Source: Candidatus Aminicenantales bacterium (GTDB lineage: Bacteria; Acidobacteriota; Aminicenantia; Aminicenantales; Saccharicenantaceae). From it: DNA of 64,000 bases. Every line of letters starts with the position of its first letter. Position 1 is the first letter of the stretch. Shown piece after piece: positions 44,154 to 53,200 of this stretch. The translations under genes were made by a program, and so were the position numbers. The notes under the pieces were generated by a model that worked only from the letters and a program-made list of their open reading frames with translations, was not told the origin of the DNA and made no database searches. The stretch covers positions 89,144-153,143 of the forward strand of contig JBEKXF010000004.1 of the NCBI GenBank assembly GCA_049512315.1, written 5' to 3'.

Positions 44154-44269
44154 AGTATAAGGAAGAGAGGCGAAAAGTCAACGAACTATGGGGGATGTAA
44201 ATCCAAAAAAGGGGATAAGGAATAGATCGAAATAAGGCGTTGACTTTTCTGACATGCCATTTTTATAAT
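44154..44269. promoter_or_regulatory. Divergent sigma70 promoters (DUF362 / TPR-CHAT 1)
   Basis: Minus: TTGACT-16-TATACT; plus: TTGACT (44240)-18-TATAAT (44264); 12-bp inverted repeat GAAAAGTCAACG/CGTTGACTTTTC. Confidence 0.65.
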
Positions 44270-44282
44270 CTTCTTTCAACAG

Positions 44283-47213
44283 GTGGGATCCATGAGGAGA
44301 CAGAGAGGCCTGATTGGGTTTCTGTTCTTTATCTTGTGCTCTTTTTCTTGGGTGTTTCCTGAAGAATGCGTGGGCTTAGGAGTGCAAAATGCAGAAACAT
44401 CATTGGACGCCCTGATTGAAAAGGGAAAGAGCCTCTATTCGGCAGGCGAGTTCGAAAACGCTGCTGCTCTATTTAAGAAAGCTCTCGGGCTTTCCAGAGA
44501 AATAGGAACACCCCAAAAAGAGGCTCTGTGCCTTTCGCAATTGGGGATAGCGTCTTGGGACATGGGCCAGATCTCGGAGTCCGCGAAGCTCTTCAAGGAT
44601 GCCTATCTTCTCGCCCGGCAACACGGAGATCTCTCGGTCGCGGAAGCTAATCGGAAATTCCTTGAAATTACTAGGCTCTACAACCTGGGAAAGGAATATC
44701 GATTAAAAAGCCTGAACAAGCAGTCTCTCGATTGTTTTAAACGGGCCATCGCCGTCGGACGCACAACAGGAATCGACAACTTTGAGCTCAAGTGTCTCCG
44801 TCAGAAGAGCCTGACGTACTGGCAGATCGACGATGTCGAGATGTTTTTCGAATGCAATAAGCAGGGGGTGGATCTATCTAGAAAGACCAACCATAGGAAG
44901 GAACTGGGGAAATTTTTAAACTACATAGGTGCCTATTATGAAAAGACGAGTGATTATTCTTATGCCCTGAAATATTTCGAAGAAGCACAAATTGAATCGA
45001 AGAAAGCAAATGATTTATTAATGGAAGCAGAATGCTTGTCAAATATCGGAGGTGTTTACCTTGATTTAGATATTCTAGATTACGCCGAATCTTATTACGA
45101 AAGAGCGCTTGTTATCGACAGAACTTTAGGCAACAAAGTTAATGTTGCTATGGATCTCAATAATATTGGAATTGTAGTGCTCAATAACGCTCATTTAATT
45201 GATGACCACTCCGGGCTAGATAACTCTCTCCAATGCTTCCAGGAATGCCTCCAATTATTAAATGAACAAGAGAATAGCACATTAGCGATTCAGGTAATGA
45301 ATAATATTGGATATATATCCTATATAAAAGGCAGATATTCGGATGCGGCCAATGCGTTTGAGAATTGCCTTTCTAAAGCAGAGAGGATTGGTTATGAAGA
45401 AGGGATCAGCGTTGCCCACCTAAATTTGGGCAATATGGGCCTAAAGAGCGGGAATTATCAACTGGCTGAAGCTCACTTTGTTAATGCTATTAACACGGCC
45501 ATTGAGACTAATTCGAAAGAAACGTTATGGGAAGCCTATTTTGGACTAGGCCAATGTCGTGAAGCTAGTAATGATTTGCGATTCGCTCTAGAGAATTATA
45601 AAAAATCCATTGGGATAATTGAAAAAATCAGGGACCACATCACCCTGGACATATTCAAAATAGGCTTTGCCAGAAATAAGTTCACTGTTTACGAGCATGC
45701 TATAGATATCCTCCATTCTTTTTATATGTCTTCCCCTTCTGAAGCTCTTCTTGAAGAAATGTTTTCTATGATTGAAAAGGCCAAAGCTCGAGCTTTTCTT
45801 GAAGGCCTTGCCGAAGGTCGGATCGATCTTAGCAGGGTATTGAACCTAGCGAAGAAAAAGCGAGAAAGAGAAGTATCGAAAGAAATTTCGGAAGTTGTTA
45901 AGCAACTGACGGGATTCCAATTGAGAAAGGCAGGGAAGGAAAATCTCCTGCGGGAGTTGGATAGAAAAGAAGAAGAATTTCTGAGGGTCATCTCAGATAT
46001 CAAAACGGAATATAGGAAAGCCGGGATTGTTGCGTCTCCCGAAATCTGTGCAATTTCTGAAGTGAAAAACCGATTGCTAGAGAGGCACAGGGCTTTTCTT
46101 GAATACTTTGTAGGAGAGAAAAAATCTTACCTAATTTTCTTTACGAGGAATCGTTCGGGATTATATGAATTGCCCGGACGATCAAGCCTGGAGAATTCTC
46201 TTAAGGGTTTTTTGAAAACACTTGCCGTACCTTCTCGTGGTCCCTTCATCGGCATGCGAGCAGGGGAGCGTATTGCGCGGGAGCTAGTTTTCCCACTACA
46301 AGAAAAGATCTACAATGAGATTAATTCTTTGATTATCATTCCGGACGGAGTGCTCAATTACCTCCCCTTTGAGACATTAAGAGTGGAGACCAACGGAGGC
46401 CGTTGCTTCCTTATTGAGAAATATGGTGTTTCCTATGGCCAATCAGCCTCGTCACTCCTGTTTTTAAAACAAACTCTCCAGATTACGAAGAGGAATAAAG
46501 ATCTCCTCGCTGTTGGATCACCCAAGTACGGCAAAGCGCAGAAAACGGGCATTAGCCAAAAAATATCGCGGGCAGAAGTTTGGACGGAGATTTATCGGGG
46601 CGATGGCTTTTCCTTCGAATCTTTGCCGTTCAGCAAGAATGAAATCCTGGACATCGTGAGTAATTTTCCAGAGAGGAAAGTTGACGTCTTTTTGGAACGC
46701 GAGGCAAACGAATCTGTTATAAAGAAGTTACCTTTGAGCGAATACCAAATCATACACTTTGCCTGCCATGGGTTTCTTGATGAAAAATCGCCTTTTCGGT
46801 CGGCCTTGGTCCTGTCTCTCGACGAAGGCCAGGGAGAAGATGGATTTTTACAGGTTAGAGAGATCAACAATCTCAGGATTAATGCTGACCTTGTCGTGCT
46901 TTCTGCTTGCCAGACCGGGAATGGCTCTCTAGAGAAGGGAGAGGGTTTGTTGGGTTTAAGCAGAACATTTTTTTATGCTGGAGCTCGTGCTGTTCTTTCA
47001 GCCCTTTGGCCCGTCAATGATCAGTCGACAGCGGCTCTAATGGGCGATTTTTATAGGTTCTTGGTCCAAGGACAAGGTAAGGATGAGGCTCTCCGCCTTG
47101 CCAAAATGAAAATGCTAAAATCCACACGCAGGCATCCATTTTATTGGGCAGGGTTTGTACTTCACGGAGACGCCGCTTCAGTTTCTTTTGATAATTCTAA
47201 GCTAGCGCACTGA
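44283..47213 (+). CDS. Exported TPR-CHAT caspase-like protease 1
   Basis: N-terminal hydrophobic segment; TPRs; EKAKARAFLE, IIPDGVLNYLPFETL, IIHFACHG (His), VLSACQTG (Cys), HPFYWAGFVL. Confidence 0.93.
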   Translation: MGSMRRQRGLIGFLFFILCSFSWVFPEECVGLGVQNAETSLDALIEKGKSLYSAGEFENAAALFKKALGLSREIGTPQKEALCLSQLGIASWDMGQISESAKLFKDAYLLARQHGDLSVAEANRKFLEITRLYNLGKEYRLKSLNKQSLDCFKRAIAVGRTTGIDNFELKCLRQKSLTYWQIDDVEMFFECNKQGVDLSRKTNHRKELGKFLNYIGAYYEKTSDYSYALKYFEEAQIESKKANDLLMEAECLSNIGGVYLDLDILDYAESYYERALVIDRTLGNKVNVAMDLNNIGIVVLNNAHLIDDHSGLDNSLQCFQECLQLLNEQENSTLAIQVMNNIGYISYIKGRYSDAANAFENCLSKAERIGYEEGISVAHLNLGNMGLKSGNYQLAEAHFVNAINTAIETNSKETLWEAYFGLGQCREASNDLRFALENYKKSIGIIEKIRDHITLDIFKIGFARNKFTVYEHAIDILHSFYMSSPSEALLEEMFSMIEKAKARAFLEGLAEGRIDLSRVLNLAKKKREREVSKEISEVVKQLTGFQLRKAGKENLLRELDRKEEEFLRVISDIKTEYRKAGIVASPEICAISEVKNRLLERHRAFLEYFVGEKKSYLIFFTRNRSGLYELPGRSSLENSLKGFLKTLAVPSRGPFIGMRAGERIARELVFPLQEKIYNEINSLIIIPDGVLNYLPFETLRVETNGGRCFLIEKYGVSYGQSASSLLFLKQTLQITKRNKDLLAVGSPKYGKAQKTGISQKISRAEVWTEIYRGDGFSFESLPFSKNEILDIVSNFPERKVDVFLEREANESVIKKLPLSEYQIIHFACHGFLDEKSPFRSALVLSLDEGQGEDGFLQVREINNLRINADLVVLSACQTGNGSLEKGEGLLGLSRTFFYAGARAVLSALWPVNDQSTAALMGDFYRFLVQGQGKDEALRLAKMKMLKSTRRHPFYWAGFVLHGDAASVSFDNSKLAH

Positions 47214-47223
47214 AGTGAGGATC

Positions 47224-47922
47224 TTATTGAAGGATTGTGAACTTCCATAGATTGGACTCGGCTAATTTGTCATTATGGGCGTAAGCGGTTATCATCCAGT
47301 AATATGGCATATTTAATTGGAGCTGACCTGTGATTTCGTGGGGCAAAATAAAGGATGTTGCCGAGGTTGCCGTGCTCTTCCAGATTGGCAAAAGAGATTC
47401 ATCATAGAGTTCAAGGATATAGCTCTCAGCCCCCGCAATTTCCTGCCACTTGAATATCAATGGCAGGGTGACGCGCTGGTTTGGTTTTGGCTGCATAAGC
47501 CCCACAAATGAACGTATTGCCCGTGTCTGATCTTCATGTCCCAGCTTCTGAACGATTGTCGCTAGAGATGCGATAACCAGAATAATGCCGATAAAAGCAG
47601 AAGAGAATCTCCATAAGAGTCGCACTCGTTGGCTTGATCTACGTAAAGAAGGAGGCGAGGATTCCGCTGACTGCGCCTCCCGGACCTCTTGAATCATCTT
47701 TTTCTGGTATCTTTGAAGCTCAAGAAGAAACTCAAACTCTCTAGCGCAAGATGAACAGTTCGTCACGTGATCGATAATCTTCATTTTTTTGGGGATTCGG
47801 CTCGAAGATTCGAAAAAAAACACGAGCTTTTCCAGGGATGGACATCCCAACCTATTGTCTGGGTCCTTATCCGCGATATAGGATCGATACAAACGTTTTA
47901 GCTCTTCATCGTTGAGATTCAT
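47224..47922 (-). CDS. ZAS-type anti-sigma factor with TM and extracytoplasmic Ig/Fn3-like domain
   Basis: GCPS...HVTNCSSC (HxxxCxxC), TM FSSAFIGIILVIASLATIV, beta-rich C-terminus (FKW, YILELY, YYWMI); overlaps sigma stop. Confidence 0.82.
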   Translation of the reverse strand: MNLNDEELKRLYRSYIADKDPDNRLGCPSLEKLVFFFESSSRIPKKMKIIDHVTNCSSCAREFEFLLELQRYQKKMIQEVREAQSAESSPPSLRRSSQRVRLLWRFSSAFIGIILVIASLATIVQKLGHEDQTRAIRSFVGLMQPKPNQRVTLPLIFKWQEIAGAESYILELYDESLLPIWKSTATSATSFILPHEITGQLQLNMPYYWMITAYAHNDKLAESNLWKFTILQ

Positions 47923-48454
47923 AATGAATATCCATATTCTTGAGGTTTTTTTTCAGGTCGGACAAGCCCCGATAGAGGAGATTCCTGGTCTTATCAGTGC
48001 TCCAATTGAGATAGCTAGAGATTTCCGGAATGCTGAGATTGAGGAGGTACAATTTTACGACCTGGCGCCGTGATTCGATGAGCTTGTCCACTGCCTTGCC
48101 GACAGTCTCCTCCAGACTTCTGAACCGAGCCATCTCGATACTATGAACTACCTCATTTTCAGCCACCTGCCGTTCGTGGCTGAAGATCCCCTCCTCTCTT
48201 CGGATTTTTCTGAGTTGGTCGATAACTGAGGAATTCACGATTTTCTTTATATAGGACGGATAATTTGTGATGTTTTTCTCACTGTCAAGGAGTTTCCAGA
48301 TCTTTATCCTGACATCTTGGGAAACATCGTCAGGATCCAGCCCATATTTATAGAGGTTGTACTTGTGGATGTGAATCCGGATGAAATTGGCAAACCGGCC
48401 CAAAAGGTCTTCAAACTCCCGTTCCTTGATTCGCTCTGAATCCATCATCCACAT
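47906..48454 (-). CDS. ECF RNA polymerase sigma factor
   Basis: DDVSQDVRIKIW region 2, NSSVIDQLRK, region 4 LSIPEISSYLNWSTDKTRNLLYRG; start among Met at 48454/48448/48445. Confidence 0.9.
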   Translation of the reverse strand: MWMMDSERIKEREFEDLLGRFANFIRIHIHKYNLYKYGLDPDDVSQDVRIKIWKLLDSEKNITNYPSYIKKIVNSSVIDQLRKIRREEGIFSHERQVAENEVVHSIEMARFRSLEETVGKAVDKLIESRRQVVKLYLLNLSIPEISSYLNWSTDKTRNLLYRGLSDLKKNLKNMDIHYESQR

Positions 48455-48632
48455 CCAGAAAACAAGAAAGACTTTAATTTCGCATCGTACTATTATAGAT
48501 GTCAAGAGATCATTCTTTTTCTCACTTTATGTCCATTTCATGAGAAATATTACCGATTGTATCGTTTTCTTCTAGAGGTGCGGAGGATCGACCCGCTTTG
48601 TCAACAATCCGTGTTCATCCCAGGCTATAATG

Positions 48633-49553
48633 ATGGGCATAACCATCATCGGGTCAAGTTCAGTAATGGTGTCCGTGTCCGGGGCTTTATGCAAGGCCGC
48701 GAGTTTTGACAAAAACGTACTCTTACTTGGTGAGACTGGAACTGGGAAAGACCTCGCCGCTCGCAAAATTCATGAGCTTAGCCCTTGCCGGGCGTTTCCC
48801 TTTATCCCTATAAACTGCTCCAATCTATCGGACGGACTCTTCGAATCAGAACTTTTCGGGCATGCCAAAGGTGCGTTCACGGGAGCTGTTCGTGAAAAGT
48901 CCGGACTGCTGGATGTGGCCGAGAACGGCACTGTCTTTCTGGATGAAATCGGGGAGCTGCCCCTCCATCTCCAAGCCAAAATTCTAAGGTTATTGGATAA
49001 AAAGGAATCGAGAAGAATTGGAGCTACCCAAACAAGAACCCTTAGGGTTCGTTTCATTTTCGCCACTAACAGAAATCTTCATGCGAGCGTTCTTGAAGGC
49101 ACCTTCAGGAAAGACCTCTACTATAGGATCAACGTCGTAAGGATCCAGATTCCTGCCTTGCGGGAGCGGAAAGAAGATATCCCCTCCTTGGTAAATCATT
49201 TTATCGAACAGGAGAATCTGCGGAGCGACAGCCATAAAGCATTAACACAAGAAGCTCTTGAGAAACTCTCGGCTTACGATTTTCCAGGAAACGTAAGGGA
49301 ATTGGAAAATGTCATAGAAAGGTCTTTCGTTTTTTCCGAAGGCGATTTGGTTACGGCAAGAGATATTCGTTTAGATCCCGAGCCCATTATGGGCACGCCA
49401 GAGGTGATCCAGGCGCACATAAAATCGACTTTGGAACAATGCCGCTGGAACAAAACGAAAACGGCCCGGAGACTCGGGAAGAGTCGGAGGCAACTATACC
49501 GGATTCTCGAAAAATATGAACTGACTGACAATTTCAGAAAAGTGGTTCTTTGA
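48633..49553 (+). CDS. Sigma54 enhancer-binding protein without N-terminal sensor domain
   Basis: IIGSS..M, GETGTGKD, ESELFGHAKGAFTGA, FLDEIG, FPGNVRELEN, Fis-type HTH NKTKTARRLG. Confidence 0.92.
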   Translation: MGITIIGSSSVMVSVSGALCKAASFDKNVLLLGETGTGKDLAARKIHELSPCRAFPFIPINCSNLSDGLFESELFGHAKGAFTGAVREKSGLLDVAENGTVFLDEIGELPLHLQAKILRLLDKKESRRIGATQTRTLRVRFIFATNRNLHASVLEGTFRKDLYYRINVVRIQIPALRERKEDIPSLVNHFIEQENLRSDSHKALTQEALEKLSAYDFPGNVRELENVIERSFVFSEGDLVTARDIRLDPEPIMGTPEVIQAHIKSTLEQCRWNKTKTARRLGKSRRQLYRILEKYELTDNFRKVVL

Positions 49554-49632
49554 AAAACAATCTTCGTTTCTGCGATTGAGGAACTGCTGGGAGAAATGTC
49601 CTTTTTCTGATTGGCGATTGCTCTGCGTCAAG

Positions 49633-52611
49633 TCAGGATTTCCTCCGCCGATATGTCACGATGGCCAGGACGGCAATCATGCTAATCCCGAGAACGCCAG
49701 CCATTATCATAATGAGATTGAGGCCTCCGGAATATATTCGAGAGTCCGTCTTTCCGTTGATAACGAATCCTGCCCAGTAATAAGGATGGGACAGTGTCCT
49801 AGAACGGATCATGTCAAGTTTGGCATTCCGTAACGCTCCCATCAATGATTCACCACCCCGGATGTGTCGATAAAACCCTTCCATGAGGAGTGAGGTGGCT
49901 TGGTCATTCACGGCCCAAAGACTCATGAGGACAGATGATGAGCCGGCATAGAAAAAAGCCCGACTCAGCCCTTCGATTCCTTCACCCCTGACAAATTGGC
50001 CCAGTCCGGTCTGGCACGCGGACAACGTTACGAGTTCGGCGTTCATCTTGAGGTTATAAATATCTCTTGCTTGGAGAAGCCCTTCCCCGGCTTGGTTTTT
50101 ATTGAACGAGAGGAGGATGGCCGATCGGGCCGGCTTCTTGTCATCGATCACACTATGAGCCGCGAAATGGATGATCCTGTAGTCCGTTAATGGATTGGAT
50201 TTCAGCCAACGCTCTGTCGCATCTTGTTTTTCCAGCACCGTGACTCTGTTGGGTGGGAAAAGCTGAGAGATCCTCTCGATCTCCGACGCGGAATACTTGA
50301 GCGGGGAGAGTGAGACGCCAAAAGAAGAGCCGGAACCATAAAGAATATCAAGGTCGGGGACGACGGCGGTTCCCCCCTTGCCTATGTTGTACTCGGTATC
50401 TCCTATGGCCAGAAGGTCTTTGTGCGGCCTGGAACCCTTCTGGTGTCTTCGACTTAGAAATCTGAGCGATGAGAGGGAGGGAACATAGCCGATCTGGAAT
50501 TCCCGGATTAACCAGGAGCGGGGTTCATGATTCGTGCGCAGAGTCTCGAACGGAAGGAGATTCAGGATGTCATCTGGAACAAAAACAATCCTCTTTAACC
50601 CCGGCTCGATCCCCGGGGATACGAGCTCTTGATAGAGTTCCTGGCCGAGGTGGAAATCCCTATTTTGACGGTCAGAGATGGCCTTACGGTATTCGATAAC
50701 CTGCTGCTGGATAACCTTCCTTGAGGGGAGCTTAAAGATTCTTAGCCCCTTATGAAAAACCACAAAAGCGTAGGACGCCTCTTTTCCGAGCGAATAGGCG
50801 AAGTAGGCTTCGTCGGGGGCTAGCAGTTCTTTCCGGACTTCCTCGTACGTGATGACCTTCGGATACTTCAGGTCGGCATACGCGGGGCTCGACATCCGAA
50901 TTTCCCGCCTCAAGGTTTCGAGTTGGTCTTCCAAGGACTTGATCTGGCCCGAAATCGTTTCCTTGCCCTCGGGGGAATCATCCGCGGACAAAAGCTTGCT
51001 GTAGGCTTTTGAGATGTTTCTCATAGCTTCTTTTTCGCGGTTTGCCAGGATAGGATTGATCCCTTGTGAAACGTCGACCTCAGCAACCTCAAGGCTGTCA
51101 AGGAAAGCCCGGGCCTTGCCTCTTTCCAGGTAATTAAACGCCTCCTTATCGTAACCCTTGTTGGGATCCATTTTCTGAAGCGTGACCAAAAGGTCAATGA
51201 GGTTCTGGTAAACCTCAATTCGTTTATCTGTGCCGAAATAACTCGCTTTGAGATCTTCGATGGTTATCGAAGATCTGATATGTTCGATTATGGAAATTGA
51301 GGTCTTATAATATTCTAATGCAGCCTGGTATTTTTTTTGTATCGAAAAAGTATTTGCGCTTTCATAGAATACCTCCCAGAGTAATTGTCCGTCTCGGCTC
51401 TTATTTGCCACATTAATTGCCAACTTGAAATATTCTAACGATTCATCGAATTTGCCAATTTTAGAATTGATGATGCCCAGATTATTTAGTATCCTGCCTA
51501 TTTTTTCAGTGTCCCGCTCATTTTGTGCGAGGTTATATGCTCTCCTAAAATAGCCAAGTGCATCGAAATATCGTTCTTTGTCAAAAAGCAATGAGCCAAT
51601 GTTATTAAAGACAGCTATAGTTAGGCGTGAATCTCCAAATTCATTTATTAATGCCAAACTTGATTTGAAATCTGTCAGGGCATTGCTAAAATCTTCTTGA
51701 CTGTTCGAAATCAACCCCCTTTTTCTTAAGATAATCCCCCTGTTGATATAATCAATTGATATTTGTCTGGCGTCCCTCAATTTTTCATCTATGGCAAGCG
51801 AACGAGTGACACAATCTAACGCTTTGTCGTAGTCTCCAAGTTCTTGGTAGATCACCCCTAAATTACTTAGTGAGTCAGTTTCTCCCTGTAGGTTATTTAT
51901 TCCTCTTGTTATCTGGTCGGCTTGCTCGCAAGATCGAAGGGCCTTGGAATAATTCTCTAGTTTTATAAAATATATTCCAATATTATTTAGGCAATTGCTG
52001 GCTTCTCTCATATTGTTTGTTTGTTGTGCTAAGGAAAGCGCTTCTTTATTCAGAGAATAGAATTTCGAATAATCGCCAGTATCCCAGAAGATAAGACTAA
52101 GTTGTCTCTCACACTTGATAACATGATCCGGACTATTAATGCTCTTAGCAATTTCGATTGCATTAACAAAGCATTTAGCGCCTTTTTCATAATTTGACTC
52201 AGATCTGTGCTGTTTTCCTTCCTGATAAAGGTTGTGAATTTCTATCGAACTTAAGATAAAAACGTTGGTGACTTTCTCTTCCAGCCTCTTGGCGAGAGGC
52301 AAGGCTTTATCAAAAAAGAGTTTGGAGCTATTTAAGTCACCGACATTCCAATAAAGAATCCCTAATTCCCTATAACAACTCAATTCAGCTCCGATATCAG
52401 AAGTCTTCTTTATATTCGATAGTGCATTGATATTAGTCTCGATCGCTTTTTGATAATTGCCCTTAATTCTATATCCTAACGCTTCTTTCATCTCTGCATA
52501 CGGGGACGATCTTTCTTGGTTATTTACATTCCGCCCCGGGTTGGCAAAAAAAACCGTCGCATTAAAAAAAATAAAGACGGCCACCCAAATCTTCAGATAA
52601 ATCGCTCTCAA
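49633..52611 (-). CDS. Exported TPR-CHAT caspase-like protease 2 with C-terminal TM anchor
   Basis: TTG start, signal peptide; TPRs; ERGKARAFLD, FVPDDILNLLPFETL, IIHFAAHS, TLSACQTG, HPYYWAGFV; TM + RRRKS. Confidence 0.93.
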   Translation of the reverse strand: MRAIYLKIWVAVFIFFNATVFFANPGRNVNNQERSSPYAEMKEALGYRIKGNYQKAIETNINALSNIKKTSDIGAELSCYRELGILYWNVGDLNSSKLFFDKALPLAKRLEEKVTNVFILSSIEIHNLYQEGKQHRSESNYEKGAKCFVNAIEIAKSINSPDHVIKCERQLSLIFWDTGDYSKFYSLNKEALSLAQQTNNMREASNCLNNIGIYFIKLENYSKALRSCEQADQITRGINNLQGETDSLSNLGVIYQELGDYDKALDCVTRSLAIDEKLRDARQISIDYINRGIILRKRGLISNSQEDFSNALTDFKSSLALINEFGDSRLTIAVFNNIGSLLFDKERYFDALGYFRRAYNLAQNERDTEKIGRILNNLGIINSKIGKFDESLEYFKLAINVANKSRDGQLLWEVFYESANTFSIQKKYQAALEYYKTSISIIEHIRSSITIEDLKASYFGTDKRIEVYQNLIDLLVTLQKMDPNKGYDKEAFNYLERGKARAFLDSLEVAEVDVSQGINPILANREKEAMRNISKAYSKLLSADDSPEGKETISGQIKSLEDQLETLRREIRMSSPAYADLKYPKVITYEEVRKELLAPDEAYFAYSLGKEASYAFVVFHKGLRIFKLPSRKVIQQQVIEYRKAISDRQNRDFHLGQELYQELVSPGIEPGLKRIVFVPDDILNLLPFETLRTNHEPRSWLIREFQIGYVPSLSSLRFLSRRHQKGSRPHKDLLAIGDTEYNIGKGGTAVVPDLDILYGSGSSFGVSLSPLKYSASEIERISQLFPPNRVTVLEKQDATERWLKSNPLTDYRIIHFAAHSVIDDKKPARSAILLSFNKNQAGEGLLQARDIYNLKMNAELVTLSACQTGLGQFVRGEGIEGLSRAFFYAGSSSVLMSLWAVNDQATSLLMEGFYRHIRGGESLMGALRNAKLDMIRSRTLSHPYYWAGFVINGKTDSRIYSGGLNLIMIMAGVLGISMIAVLAIVTYRRRKS

Positions 52612-52692
52612 AATGAAGCCCCAAGAATAGCGGTACTCTACTAATAGATGGGAAGATCGGATTTTTTCTATGCTCTTTAAGGAGGAGAAAGG

Positions 52693-52720
52693 GGGTGATT
52701 TTATATTATAAAAATCACCC
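52693..52720. terminator. Inverted repeat between peptide gene and CHAT 2 (attenuator/terminator or operator)
   Basis: GGGTGATTTT-N8-AAAATCACCC, perfect 10-bp stem. Confidence 0.55.
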
Positions 52721-52775
52721 TTCTGGAGGACGGCGAGGAAGGAAATTTGCGAGAGGACTCTTTTCTAAATCTAGC

Positions 52776-53060
52776 CTAGTCTTTTCCACTAGGTCTTAGA
52801 ATCACTATATCAGCTGTTATTTTGACGACCTTATTTAAGCTATTCGTCCCCGGCTGAACAGGGGTCGGCTGATCGACTTTGATCACGTTCCGGAGCCCGG
52901 GGAAGAGGCTGACCAGGAGCTGGGCGGGGTATTTGAGGAGCAGGCCGAAGCTGAGCCTCGTCGTTTTCTGCGGGTCGGCAGAGAGGCCGGATGCCGAGAG
53001 TCCCAGGAAAGCGAAACAGACGAGAAGGACGACGGCTTTTTGAAGGTTTCTTTTCCGCAT
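52776..53060 (-). CDS. Small secreted peptide precursor (94 aa)
   Basis: AAGGAGG SD; MRKRNLQKAVVLLVCFAFLGLSASGLSA signal; ends ...KVVKITADIVILRPSGKD. Confidence 0.82.
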   Translation of the reverse strand: MRKRNLQKAVVLLVCFAFLGLSASGLSADPQKTTRLSFGLLLKYPAQLLVSLFPGLRNVIKVDQPTPVQPGTNSLNKVVKITADIVILRPSGKD

Positions 53061-53171
53061 AGCGGCCTCCTTGACGGACAGCTCGCCTTGGGAAAATGAC
53101 CGAAGAAAGGACAAGACGGAACAGATGGCTAGGCAAATCCTCTCTTCAGGAAATCATCCAAGGCTGATTTA

Positions 53172-53200
53172 AAAATAAGTCAATAAAATCCAATTGTCAA
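53172..53200 (-). promoter_or_regulatory. sigma70-type promoter of peptide gene
   Basis: TTGACA-17-TATTTT on minus strand, about 105-nt leader. Confidence 0.6.

Noticed and set aside
44283-52611. CRISPR type III-E (Craspase) interpretation of CHAT + sigma
   Set aside because: No repeat-spacer array or cas gene in the window, and both CHAT proteins carry export signals
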